Part shown: one piece after another, positions 12,330-25,300 of the stretch
How positions within the stretch are numbered: position 1 is the first letter of the stretch
Layout: every line of letters begins with the position of its first letter
Assembly (NCBI GenBank): GCA_951804945.1
Contig: OX638149.1
Location: 87,730,001-87,794,000, forward strand
DNA from: Podarcis cretensis
Taxonomy: Eukaryota
Direction: 5' to 3'
Length of the DNA: 64,000 bases
Program-made: the position numbers and the translations under genes
The notes under the pieces: model-generated
The model's database searches: none
Seen by the model: the letters and a program-made list of their open reading frames with translations, nothing else
Told to the model about the DNA's origin: nothing

Positions 12330-13130
12330 CAAAAACAGCAGGTAGACTCCGCCTTCTCTGCTGCAAACAAGGAAACCTTGGCTCTTCCCACCCCACCCAC
12401 TTCCGCTCCTAGGCTCGGTGACGTCATTTTGCAAGGCCCATATGGCCATGCTATGGACATTCGAGAAATTCAATCAGACATTCCTTGTCACTAGCCCCGC
12501 CCCGCCCCCCGCCCCCGGGAAGGAGCCCCGTTTGCCTTAGAACCGCGGAATGTTGGGAAATGTAGTAGAACGCTGGACGCGCTTCCTGGAGCCGAAGCCG
12601 CCTTCTACTCGCCTAGAAGTGGAATGGCGCGGTGTATGATGGTAGCTGAAGTCACGCGTTGCGTAGTTCCCGCTTTTTCCTTATGCCGGGCAGTTCCGTT
12701 AGCGTCCCTCATACGCTTGAGGGGAGTGGGGCGGGGTGCGCTTGAAGCCTCCGCACGCGGCATTCTGGTCCCGCCTTAGCCGGAAGTGTCTCTATGGTGA
12801 CGGCGGGAGGTTCGGGTTGGGCTAGAGGGGGCCAAGCCACCGCCCGCCTCGGAGCCGGTAAGTGGGGAATGGGGCCCCGTGGCGTCGGGTTACCGCTCGC
12901 CTGTCCTTCCCTTCCCGTCTCCCTTCACGAGGGTGTTGGACTCCGCGCCCAGGCGTCCCCAGTCCTGCCCTAGAGCGAGAGTTACGTGCCGGGCTCTTGT
13001 TCTCAGGCGCTCACACGAGGCGCGAGACGACACGCGCTCCGGCGACTGAGCTCACTCGAAAGGCTCGCGCCCTCTAGCGCCTTTTCTTTTTGGCCCCAGG
13101 CAACGTCGACACGTGGGGACCGCCAGTCGT
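12330..13130. promoter_or_regulatory. CpG island, bidirectional promoter shared by ZFAND2B (-) and TTLL4 (+)
   Basis: CpG-dense. ETS/GABP sites CACTTCCG at 12398 and CCGGAAGTG at 12780 point in opposite directions. CRE TGACGTCA at 12419-12426, GC boxes near 12495 and 12728, ZNF143/THAP11-type TGGGAAATGTAGT at 12554-12566. Confidence 0.85.
12785..12857 (+). other. TTLL4: Probable non-coding first exon of TTLL4 (5' boundary approximate)
   Basis: Strong donor CCG|GTAAGT at 12857/12858, directly downstream of the ETS site in the CpG island. Confidence 0.65.
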
Positions 13131-14544
13131 CCTCCCCACATCCCCGATGGTGGGTTGGGGAAAGTTATATTTCTTTCTTACTACTTACAGGTTTACGGAA
13201 TGGGGGGTTGAGAGGAATTCATGGGGGCAGATCTGGGCGCAGCCCTTCATCAGGCTCAAGACAGAAAAAACGTGGTCATGTGAACGCCTGGCCTTGGGGG
13301 TTTTTTCGTGGTGAAGCGTTCAATGACTGGTCTTCCATTCCTGTGCAGGTTTTATCTCGAAACATCAGACCCGTGTTTGGAGTTCACAGCCCAATGGTAG
13401 ACTCGCTCTGCTGGTGAACTAGTTCTATTCGTGGGTGGGCCAGTTCACGTGTTCAAATGTTGGCAAGCATTTTACCAGTGTCTCCATCTTGTCAGCTTTT
13501 TGACTGCTAGTTTGATATACAGTAATCAGTTGTTTATTTTTATGCTACCGTTTGTCTGTTAATAAAGCGGTATTCTCTCAAAGCACGACCAGTTTTGTCA
13601 TAGTCATCCCTTGGTCTGTTAGGTCATTACATCACACACACACACACACACCCTTTAGACAATTGCTAATGGTGTGACCTTGATTCCATTTGCTTATGCT
13701 AGCTGCAACATTTAGGGTTTTGAAACAGATGTAGTTCAGTATATTAATGGCCCAATCTCAGAGTTTGAAATGGTGGTGATTCCTGACATGTGTTGCACTC
13801 TCTTTCCTGAATAATGTCATCTGTGCAAAACAGCTGAAATAATATGCACCTTTGCTTCCTAGTCAGGTAACTCTTAACAGTTGTGGGTAGTACAACTTGA
13901 AGACATTCCATTTTATTGTATTGACTGACATATTGCTTTATTTTGTCATATATCCCTAGTGCGTCATTTAGTAAAATGTAATTCTAAAAACCAAGGTTCC
14001 CTTCCTCTGCATTTTCTGTTGTCTTGGACTGTCCCAGTCATTGTCTGTGATGTGTTCAGGATTCAGTTTCTTGCAAGTCAACAGTTACACAGCTCTGCTC
14101 TGACTGCTGTTTTTGTACAAGGATTTTTCCAGATGGGTTGTGTGAAAGTCATTTCTCAAAGCTATAACAATGCTTCTCCACCTCATCCAGGATGTTTGTT
14201 TCTTACACATTTTATTTCAGTTTTAAGTACTAAACCTTATTTTTTTCTGTACAGTAGTCAGTGCCGACTTCCAAAACCTATGGGGATATATCTAATGGTG
14301 CCCCTCTATGAACATAAGTGAGTCTTTCCATTCTCAGAAGGATATGTGAGTCAGCAGAGGCCTCTGCTAATGGAAGATAGAGACTATTTTCATTGATTTC
14401 CCCTAGTAGCCCCCGCATCACCTTCTGTGCTGTTCCACCTTTCCATTAGCAGAGGCTGGATCAAAAACTCTTTCACAAATGGAAAGGCACTACTGTTGAA
14501 TACAAGCCATAGTATTTTAATCACCTTTTCTTTTAGCACGAATA

Positions 14545-14718
14545 ACAGAATCATAGAATTGTAGAATTGTGGAAGGGAGCTTGAGGGGTCATGCCTGCAA
14601 TGCAGGAATCTCAGCTTAAAGCATCCATGACAGATAGCCACCCAACCTCTGCTTAAAAACCTCCAAGGAAGGAGAGTCCACCACCTCCCAAGGGAAACCA
14701 TTCCACTATTAAACAGCT
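14545..14718 (-). mobile_element. CR1 LINE 3' end fragment
   Basis: AGAATCATAGAAT tail followed by CR1 3' sequence; reverse-similar to 21207-21459. Confidence 0.8.
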
Positions 14719-17559
14719 TGCTGGATCAAGCCAACATGGTCCATCTAGTTCAGCATCCTCTTTCCCACAGAGTCTAACCATTTACCTCTGAGAAATCCGG
14801 CAGCATGACATGAAGGCAAAAGCCCTCTTTTATTGTTCCCGGCATTCGGTATTCAGTATTCCTGAGTTTAGCAATGCTTCTGGTTAAGAAAATATGTGAG
14901 ACAGAGACAGCTCCTGTCTGATATTCAAGGGGAGGGAATTCCTAAGGGTAAGTGTCACTGCACTAAAGACCACCTGATAAGATGGTATTTGTAGGAGGCC
15001 CTCCCTTGCAGAGCACAGTGATCATTTGGGTACATAAGAGAGGTAAGACAATATTTCAGGTATCCTGCTCTTAAGACAGTTGCTTGCCTTTTAATGTCGC
15101 ATCAAAAATTATCACTTGAAGTGGACCATTTCCCTTCACCATAGGGCCTGTCCTTCATGGATCTATTTTGATTGAATTTTTAACTAGGTTGGATGAGCCT
15201 CCTGTGGAAGATCTATATAGGAATGGTTCTGGAGAGGGGATAGATGGGCCCTGAAGAATTTTCTGTGTTTGAAATTGTATAATCTCATTTCTCTGCTTTT
15301 TCTGTTTTTGGTCTCTCAAAATACCTTGAGGATTAATCAGCCTTCAGAACTTGCTTGAGGAACAGTATCTGGTGGAGATCAAGCAACACGTTTACAAAAT
15401 GAAATTCTATCTTGCCAAGTGCTGGTAACTCAGTGTAGTCTTTGTTTTTCCCCTAATCTGTGTGTAGGGCTTAGATGTCACTACAGATTGGAGATTGTTG
15501 TTGGGTGTCGACTTTGTAATCCAATACAGTACATGCAGTGTATCAAGTGCTGCCTTCTGAACTGGAACACACCATCAGAGCTGTATCAGCAATTCATGGG
15601 AGGGAGGATGGATGTGTATTGGACACAAGGTCCTTTTGCAATGAGTAATAGTATCACTTCCCACCTCTTGGTTCTCAAATACACTAACCTTTGATAAACT
15701 TTACGATTTTAGGATAGGAAGGGGGGTTCTAGGATGGCCCTGCAGGGTGGTGCTTTTGATGTGACAGCTCACCTGAAAGAGGGCAGGAGTTGTGCGTCAC
15801 ACTTCAGCATGTAGCCTGAATGGTAGACAAAGTCCTGTTCTAGAATGTTATGGATGTTGACAGTTCTTTTGGCAGAGGCAGTTTGCTTTGAGATAGCATA
15901 GAAGCTTGTTGTCAGAACAAAGGTTAGTGCTGTCCGTTGGCTCTGTACTGGTGGTAGGAACAGAACATGATAACGGTGAAGTGAAACTTCGGGGACAACA
16001 ATATTTTTGTGAGAGAAGTCAACTGCTAAGAGCCCAAAGTATGTCCAGCCAAAAGAATGTTTTTTAATCAAGTTAGAGACGAGATGTCTGGTATAAATCC
16101 TTTTCAGGCTGTCTAGAGGACCATGCAACACCACGTCTGCATCCTAGTACACTGGAGTTCCACACTACTGCCAATTCTGTGAGCTGCTACTGGTTGTACA
16201 AGGTCAGCACTGTCCCCAAATAACCTAAAGGGCTTATCACATGAGCAGTCTACTCTAGGGTGGCATGTCTTTATAGCTGAGCAAGTTCCCTTCTGTTTGA
16301 GGGTATATTAGATCCACTTATTTTGTCTAATGCATTAAATACCAGCCATTTTACAAGGAAATGGGTGTGAATACACCTTTCTGGCTCAATAGGTGTTGTA
16401 GGCATTTTAGTTTCTTTCATATGTATGCTGTGACATTTTTCTTCCTCTCCCTGCCTTCAAATCCACTAGCATCTGTTTAACAAGATTGCCTGATAAGCAT
16501 CCTAGCACAAAAGATGAAAGGGGCATATTCAGCATGTTGAGGGAAGCCTCATTGCTAATCCCCTGCTAGTCAGGTTGCTGGATAAAATAGGTGAATGTTA
16601 TTTTAGAGCCAGGATTGGACTGTGCTTTGCTTGTGCCTCCTGCTGCCTCTCTTGGCTCTTTGCACAAGGGACTGTTTGATTGAAACCTAGACTGAATTCT
16701 TTCGGCACTGCCTTGATGAGTCAGCAGGCATGTGCTGTGAAGAAACAACCAGCCTCCAGTAGGAACCTAGCAATTTAAATGTCAGATTTTCTTTGGGTAG
16801 GAAAGCTGATTCCCAATATTATAATATATATACTATGTAATGAAAAGGGCAAGGGCAAAGTAATCCATTTAACCTCAGAACATAGGTTAGCAAACACCCC
16901 CAACACTAGGTCTGAATATTTTCAGGAATGCTTTCTAGCATGAAGTTTATCACTGGTTCAATACCCCTTTGGCTATCAAAATGTCACCTTGCTGCTTATC
17001 AGCACCCCATGTCATCCTCTGCAAAATGTATCTTGATTTGGTAGACATGCCTATTTTTCAAACTATGGGTGTGCTCTTGTTCCAACTACTTGCTCTGTAT
17101 TCTGGCAATACGGGTGGAGGACAAAATTGCTTAGAAAAATGACTGAATTATCTGTTCATTCTCCTTTTTGGGAACCAAACTCTGAACCTTGGGACTTCCA
17201 TTCCCAAGCTCTTCCGCAACAGCTCCAGAAGGATTTGTTGCCTGGCTGGGTAACCAAGTGAAGAACCTATAGTGCTGGAGCTAGGTATAATAAACAAAGT
17301 TCTGCTGTTATGTCTAGTTCTGTTCTTGGTTCTAGGCTTTCTGTGGTATAAGATGTAAAAGAACTGGTGGATGGAAGAATCCTGCATGAGAATAAGAAAC
17401 ACAAAGGTGCAAGCAGGAATACTGAGCAACTATTGCTAGCTTATTTGCATTATAAACAAGTGTTTATGTTGTTAACTTCATTCCCCTGCCATCCCCTTGC
17501 GCAGGAGAAAAAGCTCTTTTCTGGCTGTTCTTCCCTGTAGTACAAGCCTTCCTGGTGGT

Positions 17560-17560
<1 letters not shown>

Positions 17561-17604
<44 letters not shown>

Positions 17605-17735
17605 TGCCGCCCATCTGACTGGGTTGCCCCAGCCACTCTGGGTGGCTTCCAGCAACACACACATAAAGTAAAACATCAAACATTAAAAATTTCCGTATAC
17701 AGGGCTGCCTTCAGATGTCTTCTGAAGAATAATAA
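17561..17735 (-). mobile_element. LINE (L2-like) 3' tail with (AAT)n microsatellite
   Basis: About 14 AAT units followed by GCCGCCCATCTGACTGGGTTGCCCCAGCCACTCTGGG, which I recall as a common lacertid repeat end. Confidence 0.55.
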
Positions 17736-17953
17736 TATACGTCCTTTGTATGCTGTAATCTGGTCTTTTTCTCAGCCTTGATGGCACTGTCTTTCATTAG
17801 TCATCTTACCAACGACAGCAGAGATTGACTGGAGTGCTTCCTTTGGGCCTCGTAAAGTTCACATGTGTGTTTCTTTCAGGCTGGTCATGGTGAAGATGCC
17901 GCTCTGACTCCGGTTCACCAGCTGGACTCACTGAGAGTGTGGGATGGCTCTAC

Positions 17954-19347
17954 ATGGCCTCTGTAGGGCCAGAAGCCTATAGCCTTGGCCTCAAGAGGGG
18001 AAACCAGTTCCAGGTGGGCATTGCACCAGGGCTGACGGTGCCGCCACTCACAGCAAAGCTTCACGAGAGTAAGGCCTGGTACCTTGCTAAGCAGCAGGTG
18101 AAGCCCATTTGGCAGCTGGAACAGAAGCATGTGACCAATTTTCAGGACCTCCAATCGGTCCACTCAGGGATTTCTTCCCAGCGTCCCCGCCTCTTGTACC
18201 CAGAGTCATTATGTAGTGATACAGCATTCCTGACTTCACCTCCACCTTTGCCCCACGCTCTCCCAAACTTCCTCGGAAGCACCTTGCTCTACCGACGTTC
18301 TTACTTCAGACACAAGCCTTATCGGAGGCTTGAGTCCATCTGTTTGCAGCCAACTTCTTTGGAGAAGAAACCTCTTTGTGCTCCGCTCCCTACCTATCGC
18401 TCCGTTCTCAACAACACCATGACATCCTCAGCCGTAGACCCATTCTTTATGCCGAATACTGCTGCTGACTGTTCCAATCCAGTGTCAAAGGGGTTCCCCC
18501 TAAGCTCAGGGAAGCAAAACTCCAATTCATACAGGCCAGTGCTAAACAATAACTCTTTCCTTCGGCCAACTAGTGCAAAAGTGCCTTTGCAGCAGCAGTA
18601 CCACCAACCGCTGCCACCAGAAAATAAGAAGCTAAAAGGCTTGTCAAGACCTATTGGCTTCTCTTGGACCCACTCTGGTGGAAATGGAGATGGCGCTCCT
18701 GTGAACCTTGAAAGAAAGCTTGGGAAAAACAGTGGCATAACTCTTGAGCAACCCAGTGCCAAATCTCCTCGCTCGGCCATTCACAATGGCGTGGTTCTCA
18801 AAGTGGAACGGCCCTCCTGGCGACTCGAAGATGGTGAGAACAGGTCTCAGAACCTGAAAGAGCAAGATGTGCGGTTGACGGAAGCTATGCGGAAGCTGAC
18901 TGCAAATGGCATCCGGAAAGTTAGTACCTACAACGAATTTGGTCACCGCATTGACAGCTCTTGCCTTATGAATGCAAACTTCCACTCCAGTCTTTTCAAT
19001 CGATGGAAGCCACACATAGTAGCACAGATCACCCCAAAGGACGTACCAGCTGCCACCTCCCCAAATCTGGAGCCTGGTAGCCGCCACCAGAGCCTTATGG
19101 TCACAGAAGCTGCCGATGTCTGCACTAAACGCATCGATGTTCGTTTCTTAGCCTCAAATCCTGAACCTTCCAACCACTGCGCCTTGAGTCAGACTGTCAA
19201 CCACACCTCTGTAAACGCTGGAGAACAAGTGGTAAAAACAGAGCTGTCCCCACGGACTACAGTCTCTGAGGTAGAGACCAAAATTTCCTCTCTTCAGTTA
19301 GGCACGGATACAAAATGGGGGAACCCTGTTACTGTGAAAGAGACCGA
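17954..19347 (+). CDS. TTLL4: TTLL4 coding exon 1 (large N-terminal exon; exon acceptor at 17879/17880)
   Basis: 470-aa ORF 17939-19351, ATG at 17954, GA|GTAAGT donor. Confidence 0.93.
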
Positions 19348-22300
19348 GTAAGTACTCTGGCAAATATGTCTGTTGGGGTGGGTTAGTGTTTCCCTTTCAG
19401 TACTCTTTGTGGCAATAATTGCCAACCTGTAGCCCTCCAAGTGTTGCTGGATTACACTTCCCACAATCCCTGAATCATTGACCATGCTTTCTGTCGGGCT
19501 GGGCGATATCAGCTTTTCAACAGTGCGGTATATCATCAGCCAAACATCGCGGTCTGGTGATATACCGTATTGTTGAAAAAACAAGCTGCATTGGCCTCAG
19601 CCAGTGAGATCCCAGGTGAAACTGCCGCATCTCTCACTGTGGAAACTGAGGCGGTTTCACCCTAGTGCCTAGCGGGCTAGGACAACACAGCTTGTTTGCA
19701 TGGCTCAGCTGAGGCGCAGGAAGGCTCCCAATCCCCAGCAGTGCCCCCCCCCCACTTGTGTGGGAGCCAGCACCGGGCTGGGGGATCCTTTAACTGCTCA
19801 GCTGAGCAGAGCGGCAACCACACATGCCTCAGCCGAGCAGTTCAAAGATGCAGAGGGAGGAAAAAGTTGTATCAACACCTTGCCAATGAAGCTTGTTTCT
19901 CCCTCTGCACAATATGAGGGCAGAGTGGGATGGCGGTTTCACTCCGCAGTATATCACTGGTGAAACCGCTGCTTCTCCTGAGTCCCTCTGCTGGCAGCGC
20001 CTGCTGGAAGGAGTCAAGAGTCTTGACTTCCTCCAGCGAGCATTACTAGCAGAGGGACTCAGGAGCGATGGTAGTTTCACCAGTGATATACCGCTGAGTG
20101 AAGCCGACTTTGTGGTCTGCTCCTCATACTGGCCCTGGGCAATATATTGATATGTCGCTCAGGCCTAGCTGACTGGGGCTGATGGGTGTGGGAGTCCAAC
20201 AGCATCTGAAGGTTAATCACCCTTTTCTTATGATAAGGACTGTGTTTGATATAGTAGAACATGCTAAAGAACTTATAGCAAGGTGTTCCTGTGATGTAAG
20301 CATATTTAAGCTTGGTCATCAATCGGTGTTTGATACGCCTTGGATGGTTTTGCAGCCTTCACTGTCTCCAAAACGTCTCTCAAATCAGATGATAATTCTG
20401 CTTTACCTCTGGTAGCCCGTTGTTTTGACAAGTATGCCACAAGTCAAGTCCAAAATTTGCCACTTGGTCCAGCAGGGGCACCATGCCAGAGCCCTTTCTC
20501 TCCACACCACTTCTATCACTAACATGGGTTAATGTTTATGATAGTTATTTGGGATATCTTGCCTTGTCTGTGATCTCTTGGTCTGTTGTTGGGTGTAGAG
20601 ATCTTTTTGCTTTGCTAACTGAGAGGAGTTACAGAGCTTCACTTTAGGGCTGTAACCCTTTGTGTTGTAGAGCTGCAGTCAACCTCCCCCTGCTGGACCA
20701 AGCGGAGGTGGAAGATGTAGAGGAAGAGCTCCCGGACGGCTTGGAAGATGCCTGCAGTCAGGATGAGGAGGGCGAAGAGGAGGATGGGGAAGGTCAGCAG
20801 TCACATTTATTTCCTCTCTTCAAAGTACAAACAAGCCTATTCACCACACATAAAACAGAGAAGGGTTTTCATACACTGATTATTCTGTTAATACAAATAT
20901 ACTAATTACTGTCATTACAAAACATCTTGAACTAGTCAAAAGCGAAAACGATTCCTACTACAGTTGTCCATGCTTACTATTAGGGCATGGATATATTGCA
21001 AATCACTCTATAATATCAAGAGAGAAAGAACTGTATTGCAAAAAATAAAATTGCTAGCTTGAATACTATAATTTGCCTTGTGGGCACCTTCAGCCTATGC
21101 ACTTTCTACACTTGTAAAACTTGTTTTGAGTGATATTTAGTGAACTGCTATTGTATGCAAAGCAACAGTCTGATATCCATTTACATTTTACTGGTGCATT
21201 TTATCACGGACACGGAGCAATGGTTCCAAACTACAAGAAAGAAGATTCCACCTAAACATTAAGAAGAACTTCCTGACAGTAAGAGCTGTTCGACAGTGGA
21301 ATTTGCTGCCAAGGAGTGTGGTGGAGTCTCCTTCTTTGGAGGTCTTTAAGCAGAGGCTTGACAACCATATGTCAGGAGTGCTCTGATGGTGTTTCCTGCT
21401 TGGCAGGGGGTTGGATTTGATGGCCCTTGTGGTCTCTTCCAACTCTATGATTCTATGATCAAGCATTCAGTTAATTGTTTTCTGGTTACCCAGAGACAAA
21501 CTTTTTAAATCTACTGTCTTGAAACAGTTCAGAGTGAGATAATTTTACCATTGAATGTACAAGGCCTGACAATATTTCTAGATCATAAACAGCAGTAATA
21601 GCATTCAGTGCTGAGGCAGAGCAATACTAATTCACTGCTGCTGGAAGGGCTTCTGTATCCTATGCAACCCAGCCAGAAGGGTGGAGTATAAATAAAATAA
21701 TTTGTTGTTACTACTACTACTACTACTACTACTCAGTCTAAGAAGGGAGAGCCTAACCTACAAATATGTGTGATGCTTACAGCTGTGCCCCAGTTTAGCT
21801 GTTCCACCAACAAATCTGTCATGGTGGTGGCATATCTTGAATTCTGCAGGCATGATACAGCTTTTGTCAAATCCCATTGCCCCTCAGCTAGCAGATCTTA
21901 ACTACAGAACTTCATCTTCAATATTCCTGCTAGGAATGTTCTGATCAAACCCAGTAAATACTTGTGTGTGGATTTATTATAATTGTTGCTGTCTTGCTAC
22001 GGTTTGGGACAATGCTACTCACCCTCAGTATTGACCCATTCTGTCCCCCATACCTAATCTTCTTGCATGAGAGTTTGGAAGAAAGCTGCACTTAGGGTGA
22101 TTACTGTAGTTCTTGCTAACATTGTGATGTAGCAGCCTGACATTTTCAGCTGTGTTTTAGTTCAACCATTTTATTGCTTTAGTATATTGCACTGTGGTTC
22201 AACACTCTTATGATATCCTTTTGTAAATAGAAGGCAAACTTTAACTTACGGGGAGTGACATAGGGAATGATATTCTATCCTCTTGTAACCTTGGCATGGG

Positions 22301-25300
22301 GTCCTTTATTACAGTGTACAAATAAGTAAATTGATGGCTGTGTGGAAGAGCAGGCAAATAATGGATATCCTCATTGTCAAGATCCAGGATCTGATTTGAG
22401 GTCATTGTGCAGAAACTATGGTGCCCTTTAAATGTAGCTGCACGGGGGCACTTATCAGTAAGCGGCTCCTTTGCTGTTGGGAAAACTCTGAAATTACGTA
22501 AACACTTCTCATGAGTAGGGGCAAGAGAGGTGGTTTGTTATTTAAACATTTTTCCAGTCACGTAACAGTTGCTTGTGGATTAAGTTCAGCTATCTGAGAG
22601 AATGTCTCAAAGAGGTTGAATTTCTTCAGGATGCTCATGGAGTGTAGCCAAGATTTTTCACTCATTAAACTATTTTTGCCTTTTTTCTTTAGGTGAATCA
22701 GATGGCTCCTCTTCATCCGGATTATCCCCCAATGGTTCTGTAGCTATTATATCCAGGTTCGTTTTAGGAATGTTCTGTCTGTAATGCACTGGATCCTTTT
22801 GTTCTTGGATAATCCCATGGGATGGCCACCTGGAGACCCTGATCTGTTTGCCTTGGTGAAATCACTTGGCTTGCACTTGCTGGCTGTGCCCATTTGCAAA
22901 GAGAAACAGAGATGCTAAGCAGTCAGGCTGAAAGGCAGCTTAGTTTTCATTCTGGGTTGGTGTTTCTCAGCCAAAGCAAACCTCACTTTCTCAGTCAATG
23001 TGTTGGTCAAGAGCCTCAGGAATTAAACTGAATGGCATATGGTGGAAACGGATGTCCCAGAGAAAGTGTTGTGCCGCTCACTTCTCCAACTGTGCCTGGT
23101 ATTCTTTTCCTAGGAATTGCGTTGAGGGATTGGTGCCTACACTAGAGGGCCAAGAACGAATTCTCAAGCCAGCTCTTACATGCAGCCTGTTCCCCAATGT
23201 GCCTCCCACCATATATTTTGGTACCCGGGATGAGAGAGGTAAGGTGGATCTGAATTCATTATATGAAACAGGCAATGCCAGAAAACCCTAGTGTACTATA
23301 GTGGTGGAGTGGAGTCGGAGCTTAAAATGAGAGATTCTAGGGTGGGGAGGTGATGGTGGGATGCATGTGGTCATGTCATTTAAGTATGTGGTGTAATGAT
23401 GCCTTTCCAATGGATTTACTAAGGTCTCCAGGTGATGTGAAGAGAAAACCTTAAATCTAGATTTATATCTGTGGAGCTGTAGGATTTTGACATCACCAGC
23501 AAAGAGGTTCAGAACTGAAATGGCTGAAACAGCAGTTGAGATGCTGGAAGGTACAGCATAATATTTGATGGGCATTCACTTTGACCCTCAATCTTAATCC
23601 CACCATAGGTGGAGCGTGTATCTTTCCTGCCCTGCCCTATGATGGGGTTAGTGGACATCCAGATTCCCTTGTAGCAGAGATGGTCCCATATGTCGTATTT
23701 TGCTCTGGCCTGGGTGCTTTCATAGTGGAGAGCAGGCATTATCACAGCACCACAACAACCTTTGGTCTTTGAAGAATTAAAGCTGGTCTTAAGCTGTTGG
23801 GATGTGCACATAGACCGACTCGGCATGCTTCTTGCTATATATAGCATAATTCCTCAAACTTCTTGACCTTAGTTTCGCTATCTTCCTTTTAAACTTTTGC
23901 CTTCCCCCTCCCCAGTTCAGGACTAGCCACCTGTCCCATTGCATAGCATTGAGATCAAGGCAGCAGCTCTTCCCAGATCAGACTGGCATGATTCGGCAAG
24001 TAGGGGAACAGCTGCACCCCTGTCCCCAAAATAAATTAGGATCCTCTGTTAGAGGGCATTCAGCCTATCCATTTATTCACTGATGAGAGGAGGGAAGTCC
24101 CACCTGCCTCAAAATCCTGTTCCTCCCAGAAACTTTGCACATTCCTTCAGGTGTGTTGTGCTTCTCAGATTGAGAACCACTGTTCTATGGACAAGTGACA
24201 GAGCTTTTGCCAATGGTTTTCTTTCACTTGGTGATCTGATTCTGTTGAAATTCATTGAATAAAAATCTTACCCTTCTAGCACTTCATGACAAATTGATGT
24301 CCTCAGCCAAAGGAGATGCTCCCGTGGTTGGGTTTCCCTTCTAACCTTAGGATTTCTTTCCTAGTGGAGAAGCTCCCTTGGGAACAGAGGAAGCTGCTAC
24401 GATGGAAGATGAGCACAGTGACTCCCAACATTGTAAAGGCAACAATCTCCAGGTCCCACTTCAAAATCAGCAAGAGTGAGTTGTATTGTGGGAATGGTCT
24501 GTGGGTGCATGTTGCCTCCTGCCTTAAATACACCCAGACTCACAGCTTTATCTTGGAATAGTGCTAATGTTTGGAAATGAACTGTTCCACTTTCAGACGC
24601 AGATCTTCAGTAGCAGAGCAAAGAAAGCTCCCATAGAATTGATTACTCTAATGCACCTCCCTTGCATGGAGGACTCTGAAAGATGCTGCAAATCATGAAG
24701 CTGCAGATCTAATTGTGGCTCTTCTGCTGCTTCCCTCTTAAGTCTTGGGCAAGCTTCATGGCACTTCTGCCTATGTGTATGCCCTTGGGCAGCTCTTGTC
24801 CAGATGGATACTGACCACAAAGTGCTAATGTTTACTGCAGAACTGCAAGAGCTGCAGCATGGTCTGTACTTACAAACTGGGGAAGAATGTTCAAGACATG
24901 GAATAAAACTCCATGTCCTAGCAATTCTCGTAGAGTTTGCTTATACATCTGATGATCTGTGTCTTGTAATGCAGAGCTGTAGCTGCTCTTTCCAGTAGGC
25001 TGTTTGATAAATGCAGCAATCCTTCACCCCCTACTCTTCCAATAAGAGGAGACTTAGATAGATAGGGGGGGCTTTAATTTGACATCTCCTGCCTGCTCAC
25101 CTGTAATTGGATAGGCTTTGATGTCACAGTATACCCTGTGATGCTGATGCTACAATCTTTTTAGAGTTGTGTACAGTTCTCAATAGGGTTTATTGTGGCT
25201 GCTCGTATGAGGCCACTCTTGGTTCATGTGGAAGGGGAAACATGGATAAGGCAGGAAAATTATTTCCAATTCATATTTTCCAAACTGAAATTCTTATATG

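Noticed and set aside
11922-12473. 183-aa minus-strand ORF upstream of and overlapping ZFAND2B exon 1
   Set aside because: Non-ATG start, different frame from ZFAND2B, promoter/5' sequence with no recognisable domain
17450-17781. ORFs containing poly-Leu or poly-Ile
   Set aside because: Translations of the (AAT)n microsatellite
18394-19173. Antisense ORFs within the large TTLL4 exon
   Set aside because: Shadow frames of a real coding exon
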